From a candidate division WOR-3 bacterium (GTDB taxonomy: Bacteria; Hydrothermota; Tepidihabitantia; SM23-42), in the NCBI GenBank assembly GCA_030671005.1, contig DAOVAN010000002.1, positions 1 through 45,418 of the forward strand: 45,418 bases of DNA, read 5' to 3'. Position numbers and translations under genes: made by a program. How positions within the stretch are numbered: position 1 is the first letter of the stretch; each line of letters starts with the position of its first letter. Of this stretch, positions 17,840 through 26,737 are shown one piece after another. A model generated the notes under the pieces. It saw only the letters and a program-made list of their open reading frames with translations, was not told the origin of the DNA and made no database searches.

Positions 17840-18085
17840 ATCCGGAACGGGTAGGTTGCGCAGAACCTGGTAGTGATACCGGGACAAGAGAAATGGCTAT
17901 CTACTACAGAACCCGGCTTATAGATTACCCCACACTTTTCATTCAGGTGCAATGAGGAATCGGTGTTTTATTCTCTACATTTCTTGAAATTAATATAATG
18001 CTGGACGCAGTTGGCTTCGCTTTACCGAAAGGAAACCATGCACTTAACTCGTCTTCTGGACAAGCACGAAGGATGACAAATCACA

Positions 18086-19777
18086 ATGACTAAATGGCTG
18101 TCAAAAAACTCTAATAGCACGGCAACCGACATTGAAATCAGAGGCAAGAGAATCCCTGGGGCGATAGTCCAAATCCTACACAACCGTGGTTGCGACACTC
18201 CCGAGGCCATAGAGAAATTCTTCGCCCCCTCGCTTTCTGATCTTTACGATCCGTTCTTGATGAGTGATATGGAGAAAGCGGTTGACCGTATTACTAGGGC
18301 AATCCGCGACAAAGAAAGAATTCTCATCCATGGAGATTATGACGCGGATGGTATCACTGGTGCGGCGCTTCTCATCGGTAACTTGAGAAAATTCGGGGCC
18401 GTGGTCAGCTATTACATACCTCGCCGGCTCGAAGAGGGTTACGGCTTATCTGTCAGTGGCATTAAGAAAACAATTGAAGAAAAGTGTTCGGTACTCATCA
18501 CGGTCGATTGTGGCAGCAGTGCGGTAGATGAAATCTCTTACGCAAACAGGCACAACATCGATGTCATCGTTTGCGACCACCATCAACCGAAAGAAGTCTT
18601 GCCTGAAGCTCTGGCGCTCATCAACCCCAAACTCCCGGACAGCGACTATCCATTCAGAGACCTGGCCGGGGTTGGCGTTGCCTTCAAACTGGTCGAGGCC
18701 CTACACGCGAAAATGCATCAACCGAAAGAAGAAATCTACGAGGACCTGGACTTGGTCGCCATAGGCAGTGTGGTCGATATCGTACCCCTGGTTGATGAAA
18801 ACCGAATCTTGGTGAAATACGGCATCAACAGAATACCAAAGAGTACTAAGATCGGCATCAAGGCGATGTTAGAAGAAACCGGGTTAAAGCAGGGCATAAC
18901 CTCTTATCATCTGGGCTTCGTGATCGGCCCCAGGATCAATGCCTGTGGTCGATTGCATGATGCGGCAAGCGCTCTGGAACTCTTCCTCGCACAAGATATG
19001 TCTCACGCATCAGAACTGGCACATGGTCTTTCTCTAGACAACGACGAAAGGAAAGGCATCGAAGAAATTATATACAAAGAGGCGCTCGAGATCGTCAGAA
19101 CTACGGGTCGTGAAAAAGATCGAATCATGATCGCGGCCAAGCAAGGCTGGCATGAAGGGGTACTCGGCATCGTTGCCTCACGAATCATTGCTGACTATTT
19201 CCACCCTACGATGGTATTGTCGCTCAGAGAGGGCGTCGCAAAAGGCTCGGCTCGTTCGATACCGGGCTTTGACATCACAGAAGCGATCGGTTCCTGCCAG
19301 AACCTACTCACAAAATACGGCGGACACACCCAGGCCGCAGGACTAGAATTCCCCAGTAAGAACCTTGACCTCTTCAAGGAATGCATCAATAGCTATGCCC
19401 AACGGTTCGAAAGCACACTCTTCGAAAGAAAAAGTCTCTATGATATGGAGCTCAGCCTCTCTGAGATAACGCCGGAACTCGTCTACTTCTTGAAGTACTT
19501 TGAACCAACCGGTACTGCGAATCCACAACCAGTGTTCCTGGGCAAAGATCTAGAAGTCGTCGGCATACCGCGGGTCATCGGTTCAAATCATCTGAAGATC
19601 GCCCTAAGGCATAAGGGCAAGGCCTTCCCGGCAATCGCATTTGGTCAAGCAGACGATATCCTGAATATCGAGGTAGGTAAGACAAGAGTGAATTGTCTCT
19701 ATTCTGTCGCCGAGGATTCGTTTCTGGGCAAGAGAAAAGTCGTCCTCAAGATAAAGGAGATGAACAAAATCACATAA
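18086..19777 (+). CDS. recJ: single-stranded-DNA-specific exonuclease RecJ
   Basis: 563 aa with DHH motifs (IHGDYDADGITG, ITVDCG, VCDHHQP) and a DHHA1 region (GGHTQAAG). Confidence 0.9.
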   Translation: MTKWLSKNSNSTATDIEIRGKRIPGAIVQILHNRGCDTPEAIEKFFAPSLSDLYDPFLMSDMEKAVDRITRAIRDKERILIHGDYDADGITGAALLIGNLRKFGAVVSYYIPRRLEEGYGLSVSGIKKTIEEKCSVLITVDCGSSAVDEISYANRHNIDVIVCDHHQPKEVLPEALALINPKLPDSDYPFRDLAGVGVAFKLVEALHAKMHQPKEEIYEDLDLVAIGSVVDIVPLVDENRILVKYGINRIPKSTKIGIKAMLEETGLKQGITSYHLGFVIGPRINACGRLHDAASALELFLAQDMSHASELAHGLSLDNDERKGIEEIIYKEALEIVRTTGREKDRIMIAAKQGWHEGVLGIVASRIIADYFHPTMVLSLREGVAKGSARSIPGFDITEAIGSCQNLLTKYGGHTQAAGLEFPSKNLDLFKECINSYAQRFESTLFERKSLYDMELSLSEITPELVYFLKYFEPTGTANPQPVFLGKDLEVVGIPRVIGSNHLKIALRHKGKAFPAIAFGQADDILNIEVGKTRVNCLYSVAEDSFLGKRKVVLKIKEMNKIT

Positions 19778-20397
19778 TGGACTGGCAACTGATCTCGGAA
19801 GACAATATTCGCTATTTTCGGTTTGTGTGGCATGATAATGTTGCCATATACACTACAAAACAGAGCCAAGGAAATTTCGACAAGTTCTTCAAACCCGTCT
19901 TTCTTGAGCAAATACACTCTGACATCATAATCGATATAGACTCAAATAACGCGAGAATTGGAGATGGTCTTTTGAGTTCAAAACACGAATGCCTGGGAAT
20001 CAAGATCGCCGACTGTCTGCCGGTTTATCTCTTTTCCCGGGAAAAGATATGTATCATACATTGCGGGTGGCGTGGTATTACCAAGGGAATCGCGAAGAAT
20101 GCAAAAAAAATCATCCGGGATTTTCACTACGTGCTCGGGGCATCCATCGGGCCATGCTGCTATGAAGTAGGAGAGGATGTGGTGAATCTTTATGCAAAAG
20201 AGTATGAAGGGTCAATCATCACCCGCGATAAGCAATACTTTCTCGATCTAAAGGCAGCGGTCAGAAAAGATCTGGGTGATGAAACATTACTCGGTTCACT
20301 CGATCTGTGCACGAAATGCCATCCTGAATATTTCTATTCTAACCGAAACGGAGACAAGGGACGCAATTACGGTTTGACCCTGTACTCCGGTGATTGA
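19777..20397 (+). CDS. pgeF: PgeF/YfiH-family (DUF152, laccase-domain) protein
   Basis: ORF 19693-20397. The likely start is ATG 19777, in a TAATG overlap with the recJ stop. Motifs LGIKIADCLPVYLF, IHCGWRG and GPCCYEVG are present. Confidence 0.8.
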   Translation: MDWQLISEDNIRYFRFVWHDNVAIYTTKQSQGNFDKFFKPVFLEQIHSDIIIDIDSNNARIGDGLLSSKHECLGIKIADCLPVYLFSREKICIIHCGWRGITKGIAKNAKKIIRDFHYVLGASIGPCCYEVGEDVVNLYAKEYEGSIITRDKQYFLDLKAAVRKDLGDETLLGSLDLCTKCHPEYFYSNRNGDKGRNYGLTLYSGD

Positions 20398-20427
20398 CGC
20401 AGGCCCGATTTGTCGATAATATTACGG

Positions 20428-22494
20428 ATGAAACACCTTCTATTCCTGCTGGTCTTTCCCCTCATCATCGTTGCCCAAGAATGGACGGTTCTCGTCTACG
20501 TTGCTGCGGACAACGACCTTGCGCAATGGGCTGACTCCGACCTCGTCGAGATGGAACAAGTGGGTTCTAATAGTGACATAAGGGTTGTCGTCCAGATCGA
20601 CAAGCCCTCGGTGGGCGCGAGAAGGTTGCTCATTGGGCAGGGTTCTTCTGTTCTGCTTGGGGAATTGGGTATTATCGACATGTGTTCGTGGGAAACTCTC
20701 AGCAGCTTTCTGGCCTGGGGCATGACGAGTTTTCCCGCTGATAAGTATCTGGTCATACTCTGGGATCATGGCACAGGGTGGACAGCTGTGCCCCACCGGT
20801 CATTCGGCACAGACTGGTCGAGCGGTAATGTCTTGAGTATCGCCAATGGTGATTTCCAGAAGGCCTTGAGTAGCGCATTTGAATACACCGATGAACGCAT
20901 CAACGTTCTCGCATTTGATGCCTGCCTGATGCAGCAAATCGAAGTCGGCTTCGAGACCAGACGATATACCAACCTACTCCTCGCCCCTCAATCGATCATG
21001 CCTCTCGAGGGATTCAGGTATGATGAAATACTACAGGTGCTTCATTCCGACCCAACCATTGGAGAAACAAACCTATCCACGAGAATCGTGCAAAGCACCG
21101 TCGACAATTACACCGGGATTCAGCCGATCGCGATTTCAGCAGTACGCGTATCAAGGTTGAACGAAATCACAGACAACCTCATTGATTTGGTAAACATCCT
21201 CTTGTATGATTCTCCTAATCAGGCACTGACCGATCTGAGAAGAACAGTACAAACCATTCCAGCTATCGGCTGTACACCCGATACCTCAGATGATTTCGTT
21301 GATTTTGGAGATTTTGTTACCGGGATGGATGCCGTCTACGAACTCGGCGCGGTCGATCGTGTACTGACCGCCTATTCCAGAACGATCGTGGCTGCACACC
21401 ATTGGGGGCAGGAATTCTCCAAGACGACCGGGTTGACCGTATGGTTTCCTGACAAGTATCTGCAGTTCAAGCAGCTGTTGGACCGCTACACGAGTCTCCG
21501 ATGGGTTGGCTCGAAATGGCTCGTATTCTTAAACTGGTTTTATGACACGGATGACATCAGACCAACCACACCCCATGTCAGTGCAAGCTCACCTGGAGGA
21601 AAGAACGATTTCTCTCTTTTCTGGTCGAGGTCTTATGACCTGGCAGCTGTTACCTATAATATCGTTGAGTCGCGTGATACTAGCCTCACATTTCAGAACC
21701 CGTGTGAGGACTCGAGTCAATGGTACCTTAACGGCTTCACGTTGAGTTCAGTGAATCCCCACTCGGGCAACTATTCATTCTTCTCCGGTAATGCGGTAAA
21801 TATCGCTACCCACATCGAAACGAGGGATAACATCACAGTCCAGACCATGGGTTTGCTCAGTATATTTCTTCACTACAGCACAGAAGACAGGGGTGATTCT
21901 CTGGTGATAGAATATGGTTCGTTCCAAGATGTACACTATGGTGTGTCCAATGGCTGGATCGAGAGAAGGGTGATATTGCCACCCGGCAGTAGCCCGATAC
22001 GCATCTCTTACCACACAAACGGCGCAGTCAATATGGGTGGTTGTTACATCGACGATGTCGAGCTCCATGAACTCAACGAAGGTCTTTTCGTCAGGCAAAA
22101 CCATCAAGACACATCAATCTATATATACAACAAGTTACGGGGAGATTACCTGTACTCGGTATGGGCCCGAGACCGATACCAGAACACAAGCAATATCAGT
22201 GCTCTCCTCAGTCTCTCAATTGAAGAGTACGCGGTACCTTATTCGATCCCCAATCCTTTTCAGACCACATGCTACATTGCCGTTGATTATCCAGATACAC
22301 TAAGTCCGACCGTCGAAATATACTCGCTACGTGGCGCAAGAGTCAGGAAATTCGAACCCGGTCAAATTATCAATAAAAGAATATACTGGGATGGTAAAGA
22401 TGAACAGAACCGCGATGTCGGCTCTGGTATCTATTTTATACTCCTGAAGGCCAATGATTTTGAAAGACTGGGAAAGGTCGCAAGGCAAAGATGA
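20428..22494 (+). CDS. secreted clostripain-family (C11) cysteine peptidase with T9SS C-terminal sorting domain
   Basis: ATG 20428 gives the signal peptide MKHLLFLLVFPLIIVAQ. WTVLVYVAADNDL, the catalytic His context ILWDHGTGW and the Cys context LAFDACLMQ are present. The C-terminus (IPNPF...EIYSLRGARV...WDGKDEQNRDVGSGIYFILL) is T9SS/FlgD-Ig-like. Confidence 0.8.
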   Translation: MKHLLFLLVFPLIIVAQEWTVLVYVAADNDLAQWADSDLVEMEQVGSNSDIRVVVQIDKPSVGARRLLIGQGSSVLLGELGIIDMCSWETLSSFLAWGMTSFPADKYLVILWDHGTGWTAVPHRSFGTDWSSGNVLSIANGDFQKALSSAFEYTDERINVLAFDACLMQQIEVGFETRRYTNLLLAPQSIMPLEGFRYDEILQVLHSDPTIGETNLSTRIVQSTVDNYTGIQPIAISAVRVSRLNEITDNLIDLVNILLYDSPNQALTDLRRTVQTIPAIGCTPDTSDDFVDFGDFVTGMDAVYELGAVDRVLTAYSRTIVAAHHWGQEFSKTTGLTVWFPDKYLQFKQLLDRYTSLRWVGSKWLVFLNWFYDTDDIRPTTPHVSASSPGGKNDFSLFWSRSYDLAAVTYNIVESRDTSLTFQNPCEDSSQWYLNGFTLSSVNPHSGNYSFFSGNAVNIATHIETRDNITVQTMGLLSIFLHYSTEDRGDSLVIEYGSFQDVHYGVSNGWIERRVILPPGSSPIRISYHTNGAVNMGGCYIDDVELHELNEGLFVRQNHQDTSIYIYNKLRGDYLYSVWARDRYQNTSNISALLSLSIEEYAVPYSIPNPFQTTCYIAVDYPDTLSPTVEIYSLRGARVRKFEPGQIINKRIYWDGKDEQNRDVGSGIYFILLKANDFERLGKVARQR

Positions 22495-23369
22495 AATCGA
22501 AAATTGCCATCATCGCGCACGGAGGAGCAGGTGGCATCAATTACCCGCACCGGCGCCGCAGTGGTTTGATTAAAGCAGTACAGGCAGGCTATGAAATCCT
22601 GCGTCAAGGAGGAACGAGCCTGGATGCAGTCGAAAAATCAGCCACTATCCTCGAGGACATAACAATCTTCAACGCGGGCACCGGGTCTTATTTCAACCTG
22701 TCGGGTGATGTGGAGATGGATGCTTCGGTTATGACCAGCGATCTGATGTTCGGTGCGGTTGGAGTAATCAGGGATGTGAAGAATCCGATAAGGGTAGCGA
22801 GACTGGTAATGGAGAGAACCGACCATCTCCTGCTCTGTGGCGAGAATGCCATCACGTTCGGTCGCCTCATGGGAATGGAATACCACAATCCCAAAACCAA
22901 AGAAAAAAAACGTATTTGGAAAAGGAAAAAGAAGAAGTGCACAAGTACTTACTTCAAGAAAATCAGCGAACTGGTTGACCTCTATGGTACAATAGGTGCG
23001 GTGGCGATTGACCAACACGGGTTAATCTCAGTTGCTACTTCGAGCGGTGGAATTAACTTAAGGCTACCCGGGCGAGTGGGTGATACCCCGGTCATCGGTG
23101 CAGGCACATATGCCGACAAAAACGGAGGAGTCAGCGCGACCGGCCACGGTGAAGAGATAATGCGTCATCTCCTGGCATTTCGTGCCGTGACATTAATGGG
23201 TAAAACAACCATAAAGCGGGCCGGTGAGCGGGTAATGAGATACGCAACAAAGAATAGTTGCAAGTGTGGCATTATCGGCATCAACAAGAATGCTGAGATG
23301 CTGTGTTTGAATAACACGAAGGCGATGTCCTGGTGTTATATCCGGAACGGGAAGCTATCCGTTTTTTAG
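22491..23369 (+). CDS. isoaspartyl peptidase / L-asparaginase (Ntn hydrolase, asparaginase_2 family)
   Basis: 292 aa with IAHGGAG, the autoprocessing and nucleophile context LYGTIGAVAID, and GAGTYAD...ATGHGEEIMR. An ATGA overlap joins it to the upstream gene. Confidence 0.85.
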   Translation: MKSKIAIIAHGGAGGINYPHRRRSGLIKAVQAGYEILRQGGTSLDAVEKSATILEDITIFNAGTGSYFNLSGDVEMDASVMTSDLMFGAVGVIRDVKNPIRVARLVMERTDHLLLCGENAITFGRLMGMEYHNPKTKEKKRIWKRKKKKCTSTYFKKISELVDLYGTIGAVAIDQHGLISVATSSGGINLRLPGRVGDTPVIGAGTYADKNGGVSATGHGEEIMRHLLAFRAVTLMGKTTIKRAGERVMRYATKNSCKCGIIGINKNAEMLCLNNTKAMSWCYIRNGKLSVF

Positions 23370-23377
23370 ATGAACAA

Positions 23378-23405
23378 TTGACAAACCCGAATCGGCATAT
23401 ATAAT
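23378..23405 (+). promoter_or_regulatory. promoter with apparently leaderless start for the zinc-ribbon ORF
   Basis: TTGACA at 23378-23383, a 16-nt spacer and TATAAT at 23400-23405. ATG 23411 lies 5 nt after the -10 and there is no SD. Confidence 0.5.
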
Positions 23406-23410
23406 ACCCC

Positions 23411-23608
23411 ATGGCAAAAATTGATAATGTCCTGTGCCCGGTCTGTCTATTTACTTCGTATTACATCAACCTGATGGTCACGGATGAGGAATTCTATGTA
23501 TGTCCAAAATGCAAAGCCACCTTTTCCTACGAAGAACTCATGCAGTTATACACGATCAGCCAATTCTCATATGAGATAAACAAGCCAAAACACAAGCCAA
23601 GCCCATAG
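23411..23608 (+). CDS. small zinc-ribbon protein (CxxC...CxxC)
   Basis: 65 aa with CPVC and CPKC pairs 26 residues apart, and its own consensus promoter. Confidence 0.5.
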   Translation: MAKIDNVLCPVCLFTSYYINLMVTDEEFYVCPKCKATFSYEELMQLYTISQFSYEINKPKHKPSP

Positions 23609-23636
23609 AGACTACAGACCATTCCCGTCCAAGATT

Positions 23637-24599
23637 CTAAAAAAGACCTTCTATCTCCTGAAACGAGGGGTTACGATGATGTTTATAGAAGAAAATATCC
23701 TGGTAGTCCTTCTGATCTTTTCGGTACGCCTCCTGGTTAATCAGATCGAAGGACAGCCAGCCCCGGCTTGATATAATAGCTCCCCCAAAGAACTCGAGTA
23801 ACAGAATGCCAATCGTCACGGCAATCGCAATGGGCGTGACAAAAGACTTCACCGAAACATCAATCTTGTGTTTCTTCTTGAGCGAAGGCCTTGCATAGGC
23901 CACCTCGATTTGCCCGGCCGATTGCAGGTGATACAAACACGCATACGTATGAAACTTACCGAGACCACACAATTCAACAAGGTCATCAACACTACGTCTT
24001 TCGTCGATCAGTGATAATACGCGTGACTCATCCTCTTTGGGCTGCAATTTCAATTCTGGGCGGTCAACCCGCTTAAAGACGATATCACCCGAAGAGATCG
24101 CCTTTGATATTCTAGGCCACTCATCCAACCGACGTGCCGACTCCAATATCAACCCTTCCGTATGCATCCTTATTTTAATCACACTCTTCGGGTAGATCAA
24201 TGCTCCCTCTTCAAACTTGAACTCGCCTTCACCCCATGTAAATAACTCATCCATTACTTCCTGTATCTTGAATTTAATGGTCCTCTCTATCTCCTCGATA
24301 GTTAAATATTTATCTTCGACTATGATGTTCATGATCGGCCTTTTGGTCTCACGGTGAATATCTTCTATCATCTCGAAAAGATTCTTGCCGATCATGCCCG
24401 ATTTCACCAAGTATGTCTCTAATCTCTCCACGTGATCGCCCAACTCAAAGAATGCCCCGGTGATATCGCCGTCGACGAACCCCACATCAACGATGTCGGG
24501 TTCTTTCTTGACCTTGAGCACCCCAGTTATTTTTTCGCGCGAGATGAGCTGCAGGACGCTCGTAATATTCAGACTTCTCAGATCACCCTCAATCGCCAT
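23637..24599 (-). CDS. DUF4388 (PATAN-like) domain protein with C-terminal TM segment
   Basis: 320 aa. The N-terminus GDLRSLNITSVLQLISREKITGVLKV is the typical DUF4388 opening. There is a hydrophobic helix near residue 260. Confidence 0.65.
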   Translation of the reverse strand: MAIEGDLRSLNITSVLQLISREKITGVLKVKKEPDIVDVGFVDGDITGAFFELGDHVERLETYLVKSGMIGKNLFEMIEDIHRETKRPIMNIIVEDKYLTIEEIERTIKFKIQEVMDELFTWGEGEFKFEEGALIYPKSVIKIRMHTEGLILESARRLDEWPRISKAISSGDIVFKRVDRPELKLQPKEDESRVLSLIDERRSVDDLVELCGLGKFHTYACLYHLQSAGQIEVAYARPSLKKKHKIDVSVKSFVTPIAIAVTIGILLLEFFGGAIISSRGWLSFDLINQEAYRKDQKDYQDIFFYKHHRNPSFQEIEGLF

Positions 24600-26316
24600 A
24601 TGAGCTCCTCATTGCAAGAAATGAGTATAAATAGGTAAATACGGCAAGAACGATCGCAATCATTGCGAAAATTGGTGACAGCGACAAGCTTATCCATCCA
24701 GCGGGTTTAATGAACAAATACGGAAATAAGAGAGGTGCGTAGCCAAGCATCACAATGAATACTACCAAAAGCCCTACAAAGTTTCTGCCCATATATATGA
24801 GCCCCGCACCTGGAATTATGAAATTAACTAAATACGCAATAAGCGATTTCATGCGCCGTTTCCGTTTTCCGACCGAATGCTTTAGCAATGCTTCCATTTC
24901 TACGTTCTCAGTAGACTTCAGTTTCGTAAAACATTCCTTGCACATGGTTTCATCCTCGATCTGCTCCTGACATTTTTGACATACCGAACGACCACATGTT
25001 GCGCAGTAAAACGGTGAGGGGAATCTAAACGGCAAGAATGTGAGCGCAAAGATGATGATAAAAGGAAGCACAAACATGTGACTAACAATACCACCAAAGG
25101 GTTCGAGCGGTTCAGAAAAAATCACCTGGTAATGATCGCCCGTATTGGGCATGATGTCAACCGGCTCACTCGAGGGAGACGAGAAACCCCGCCGCCTGGC
25201 TTCGGCCATGAACCGTGATGACTCACTATATTCAATGTTTCTCAACCTTAACAGACCCATATTGAAAAATGGCTCACCGCGGTCATCGGCCCGCATTGCA
25301 TAAGTATAAAGCGTCTCGGCCCTGGCCTCTTCCTCATAGATGAGATAGATGTTTGCGAGATTGTTCACAACCGCGATGTCACGATGACCCGTGTAATACA
25401 TATCCTCATACAAATCCATTGCCTTCTCAAGTTCACCGCGCTGTTTCAGAGCGTACGCCAAGAATATTTTCTCGCTCTCACTCTTATCAACAATCGCCGG
25501 CCTGCTATCGTAGTGCACCATCTCGTAGATGCGGTAATTTCTCGAATTCTTTGTAAGGAAATCGATAAAATGACTCAAGGGTAACGAAAAAACAAATACT
25601 ACAATCAGAGACACAAGAATGAGTCTTAACCAGTTACGTTCCTTCGTACTGAGTGTGAGCAGCAGCAATACTGTATAGCTGATAAATATTAGATAGAGGT
25701 GGCGAAACACGAGTACGGGAAAGAGCAATAGTGCCAATCCTATTATTCCCTTGAATTGGTTATGTTCCTGAGGATCAATGCGGTGACTGATCATCGGTAG
25801 ATACTTGATGACCTTCGTTACCACATAAACGAACCCGCACATGAACAAAACAATGAAAAGAAGAATTAGAAAATTAGTGAAGAGGAAGACCTGATTTCTG
25901 AAGTCGGAGAACATTGGCAGCGACAATGCAGAAATAACCGGATCAAGATTGCGTTTTCGAACTGCCAGCGTTATGAACGACAAGAAATTTTCGATCGCTG
26001 AAGAATCGAAATGGCTCGCCATGTGTAGCTTACTCATTGCCGTTTCATAATCCCTCGCCTCTTTTGCCTCCCATCTCAATACTGCTGAAAGATGGAAGTT
26101 ACGTCTTATACTGATTCTTTTGAGCAAGGTGTCGGCGCGCGGGTCATCGGCACTGTTGCGCCAGAACCACAGCACCACAGGATCATCGGCAAAATCGTTG
26201 ATATTGTACCGGCCTTGAGTGAGACCGACGAAGATTTCTTCGCTTCTGGATGACTGTAGGAAGTCCTGATAGCGTGTATCAAACTGGCAAAGGAACAAAA
26301 GGATTATCGCAAACAT
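24589..26316 (-). CDS. multi-pass membrane protein with TPR region and internal zinc-ribbon
   Basis: 575 aa with several TM helices and TPR-like repeats (ALKQRGELEKAMDLYEDMYY...). It contains CATCGRSVCQKCQ...CKECF. Its stop overlaps the DUF4388 gene start by 11 nt. Confidence 0.6.
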   Translation of the reverse strand: MFAIILLFLCQFDTRYQDFLQSSRSEEIFVGLTQGRYNINDFADDPVVLWFWRNSADDPRADTLLKRISIRRNFHLSAVLRWEAKEARDYETAMSKLHMASHFDSSAIENFLSFITLAVRKRNLDPVISALSLPMFSDFRNQVFLFTNFLILLFIVLFMCGFVYVVTKVIKYLPMISHRIDPQEHNQFKGIIGLALLLFPVLVFRHLYLIFISYTVLLLLTLSTKERNWLRLILVSLIVVFVFSLPLSHFIDFLTKNSRNYRIYEMVHYDSRPAIVDKSESEKIFLAYALKQRGELEKAMDLYEDMYYTGHRDIAVVNNLANIYLIYEEEARAETLYTYAMRADDRGEPFFNMGLLRLRNIEYSESSRFMAEARRRGFSSPSSEPVDIMPNTGDHYQVIFSEPLEPFGGIVSHMFVLPFIIIFALTFLPFRFPSPFYCATCGRSVCQKCQEQIEDETMCKECFTKLKSTENVEMEALLKHSVGKRKRRMKSLIAYLVNFIIPGAGLIYMGRNFVGLLVVFIVMLGYAPLLFPYLFIKPAGWISLSLSPIFAMIAIVLAVFTYLYSFLAMRSSYGD

Positions 26317-26422
26317 TGTGGAATTATAGAAGAAATTTTATATTTGTCAATACTTAATCGACACTTAAGTTGGAAAAAGAAGAAGATCTGCCAATATATC
26401 CACGGTTTTTTGAGTACTTTTC

Positions 26423-26450
26423 TTGACTTCTAAAGTCAATTGGGTATAAT
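26423..26450 (+). promoter_or_regulatory. sigma70-type promoter for the oxidoreductase operon
   Basis: TTGACT at 26423-26428, a 16-nt spacer and TATAAT at 26445-26450. The -35 is half of the palindrome TTGACTtctaAAGTCAA. Confidence 0.55.
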
Positions 26451-26517
26451 ATATTGAATTCTTGAGATTCATCATACATTGACATATGCGAAAAATCGTA
26501 CCAGAAGGGAGGACTTA

Positions 26518-26727
26518 ATGCCTCAGGTGAAGATTTTAGAGGAAGTTTGCAAAGGCTGTGGCTTGTGCTGTGACAATGTCTGCCCCGTAGACATTCTCAT
26601 CCTTTCGCCCGACAGGATCAATTCTAGCGGCTACCATCCTGCTGAAGTAACCGACAATAGCAAGTGTACCGGCTGTGGATACTGCTTCAAGATATGCCCA
26701 GAGCCAGCTATCGAAGTATACAAGTAG
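26518..26727 (+). CDS. korD: 2-oxoacid:ferredoxin oxidoreductase delta subunit (2x[4Fe-4S] ferredoxin)
   Basis: ATG 26518 follows GAAGGGAGG. Two CxxCxxCxxxCP motifs are present (CKGCGLCCDNVCP, CTGCGYCFKICP). Confidence 0.8.
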   Translation: MPQVKILEEVCKGCGLCCDNVCPVDILILSPDRINSSGYHPAEVTDNSKCTGCGYCFKICPEPAIEVYK

Positions 26728-26737
26728 AGGAGACGAC

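Larger units (their letters stand above)
17191..17935 (+). ncRNA. rnpB: RNase P RNA, bacterial type A core with three large insertions (745 nt)
   Basis: P1 pairs GTGTGGGGTAATC (17191-17203) with GATTACCCCACAC (17923-17935). The P4 strands are GAGGAAAGTCCGGGC (17223-17237) and ACAGAACCCGGCTTA (17906-17920). Also present are GGGAAAGTGCCACAGAAA, GGTAAGGGTGAAA, the L15 GGGTAGG (17849-17855) and the P18 hairpin CCTGGTA-GTGA-TACCGGG. Element order is collinear with E. coli M1 RNA. Confidence 0.9.

Noticed and set aside
17181-17952. Five minus-strand ORFs (94, 61, 67, 77 and 93 aa) with partly repeated peptide sequences
   Set aside because: They lie antisense across the RNase P RNA. Their similarity to each other is just the translated image of the three repeated RNA modules. 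None has an SD or a recognisable protein family.
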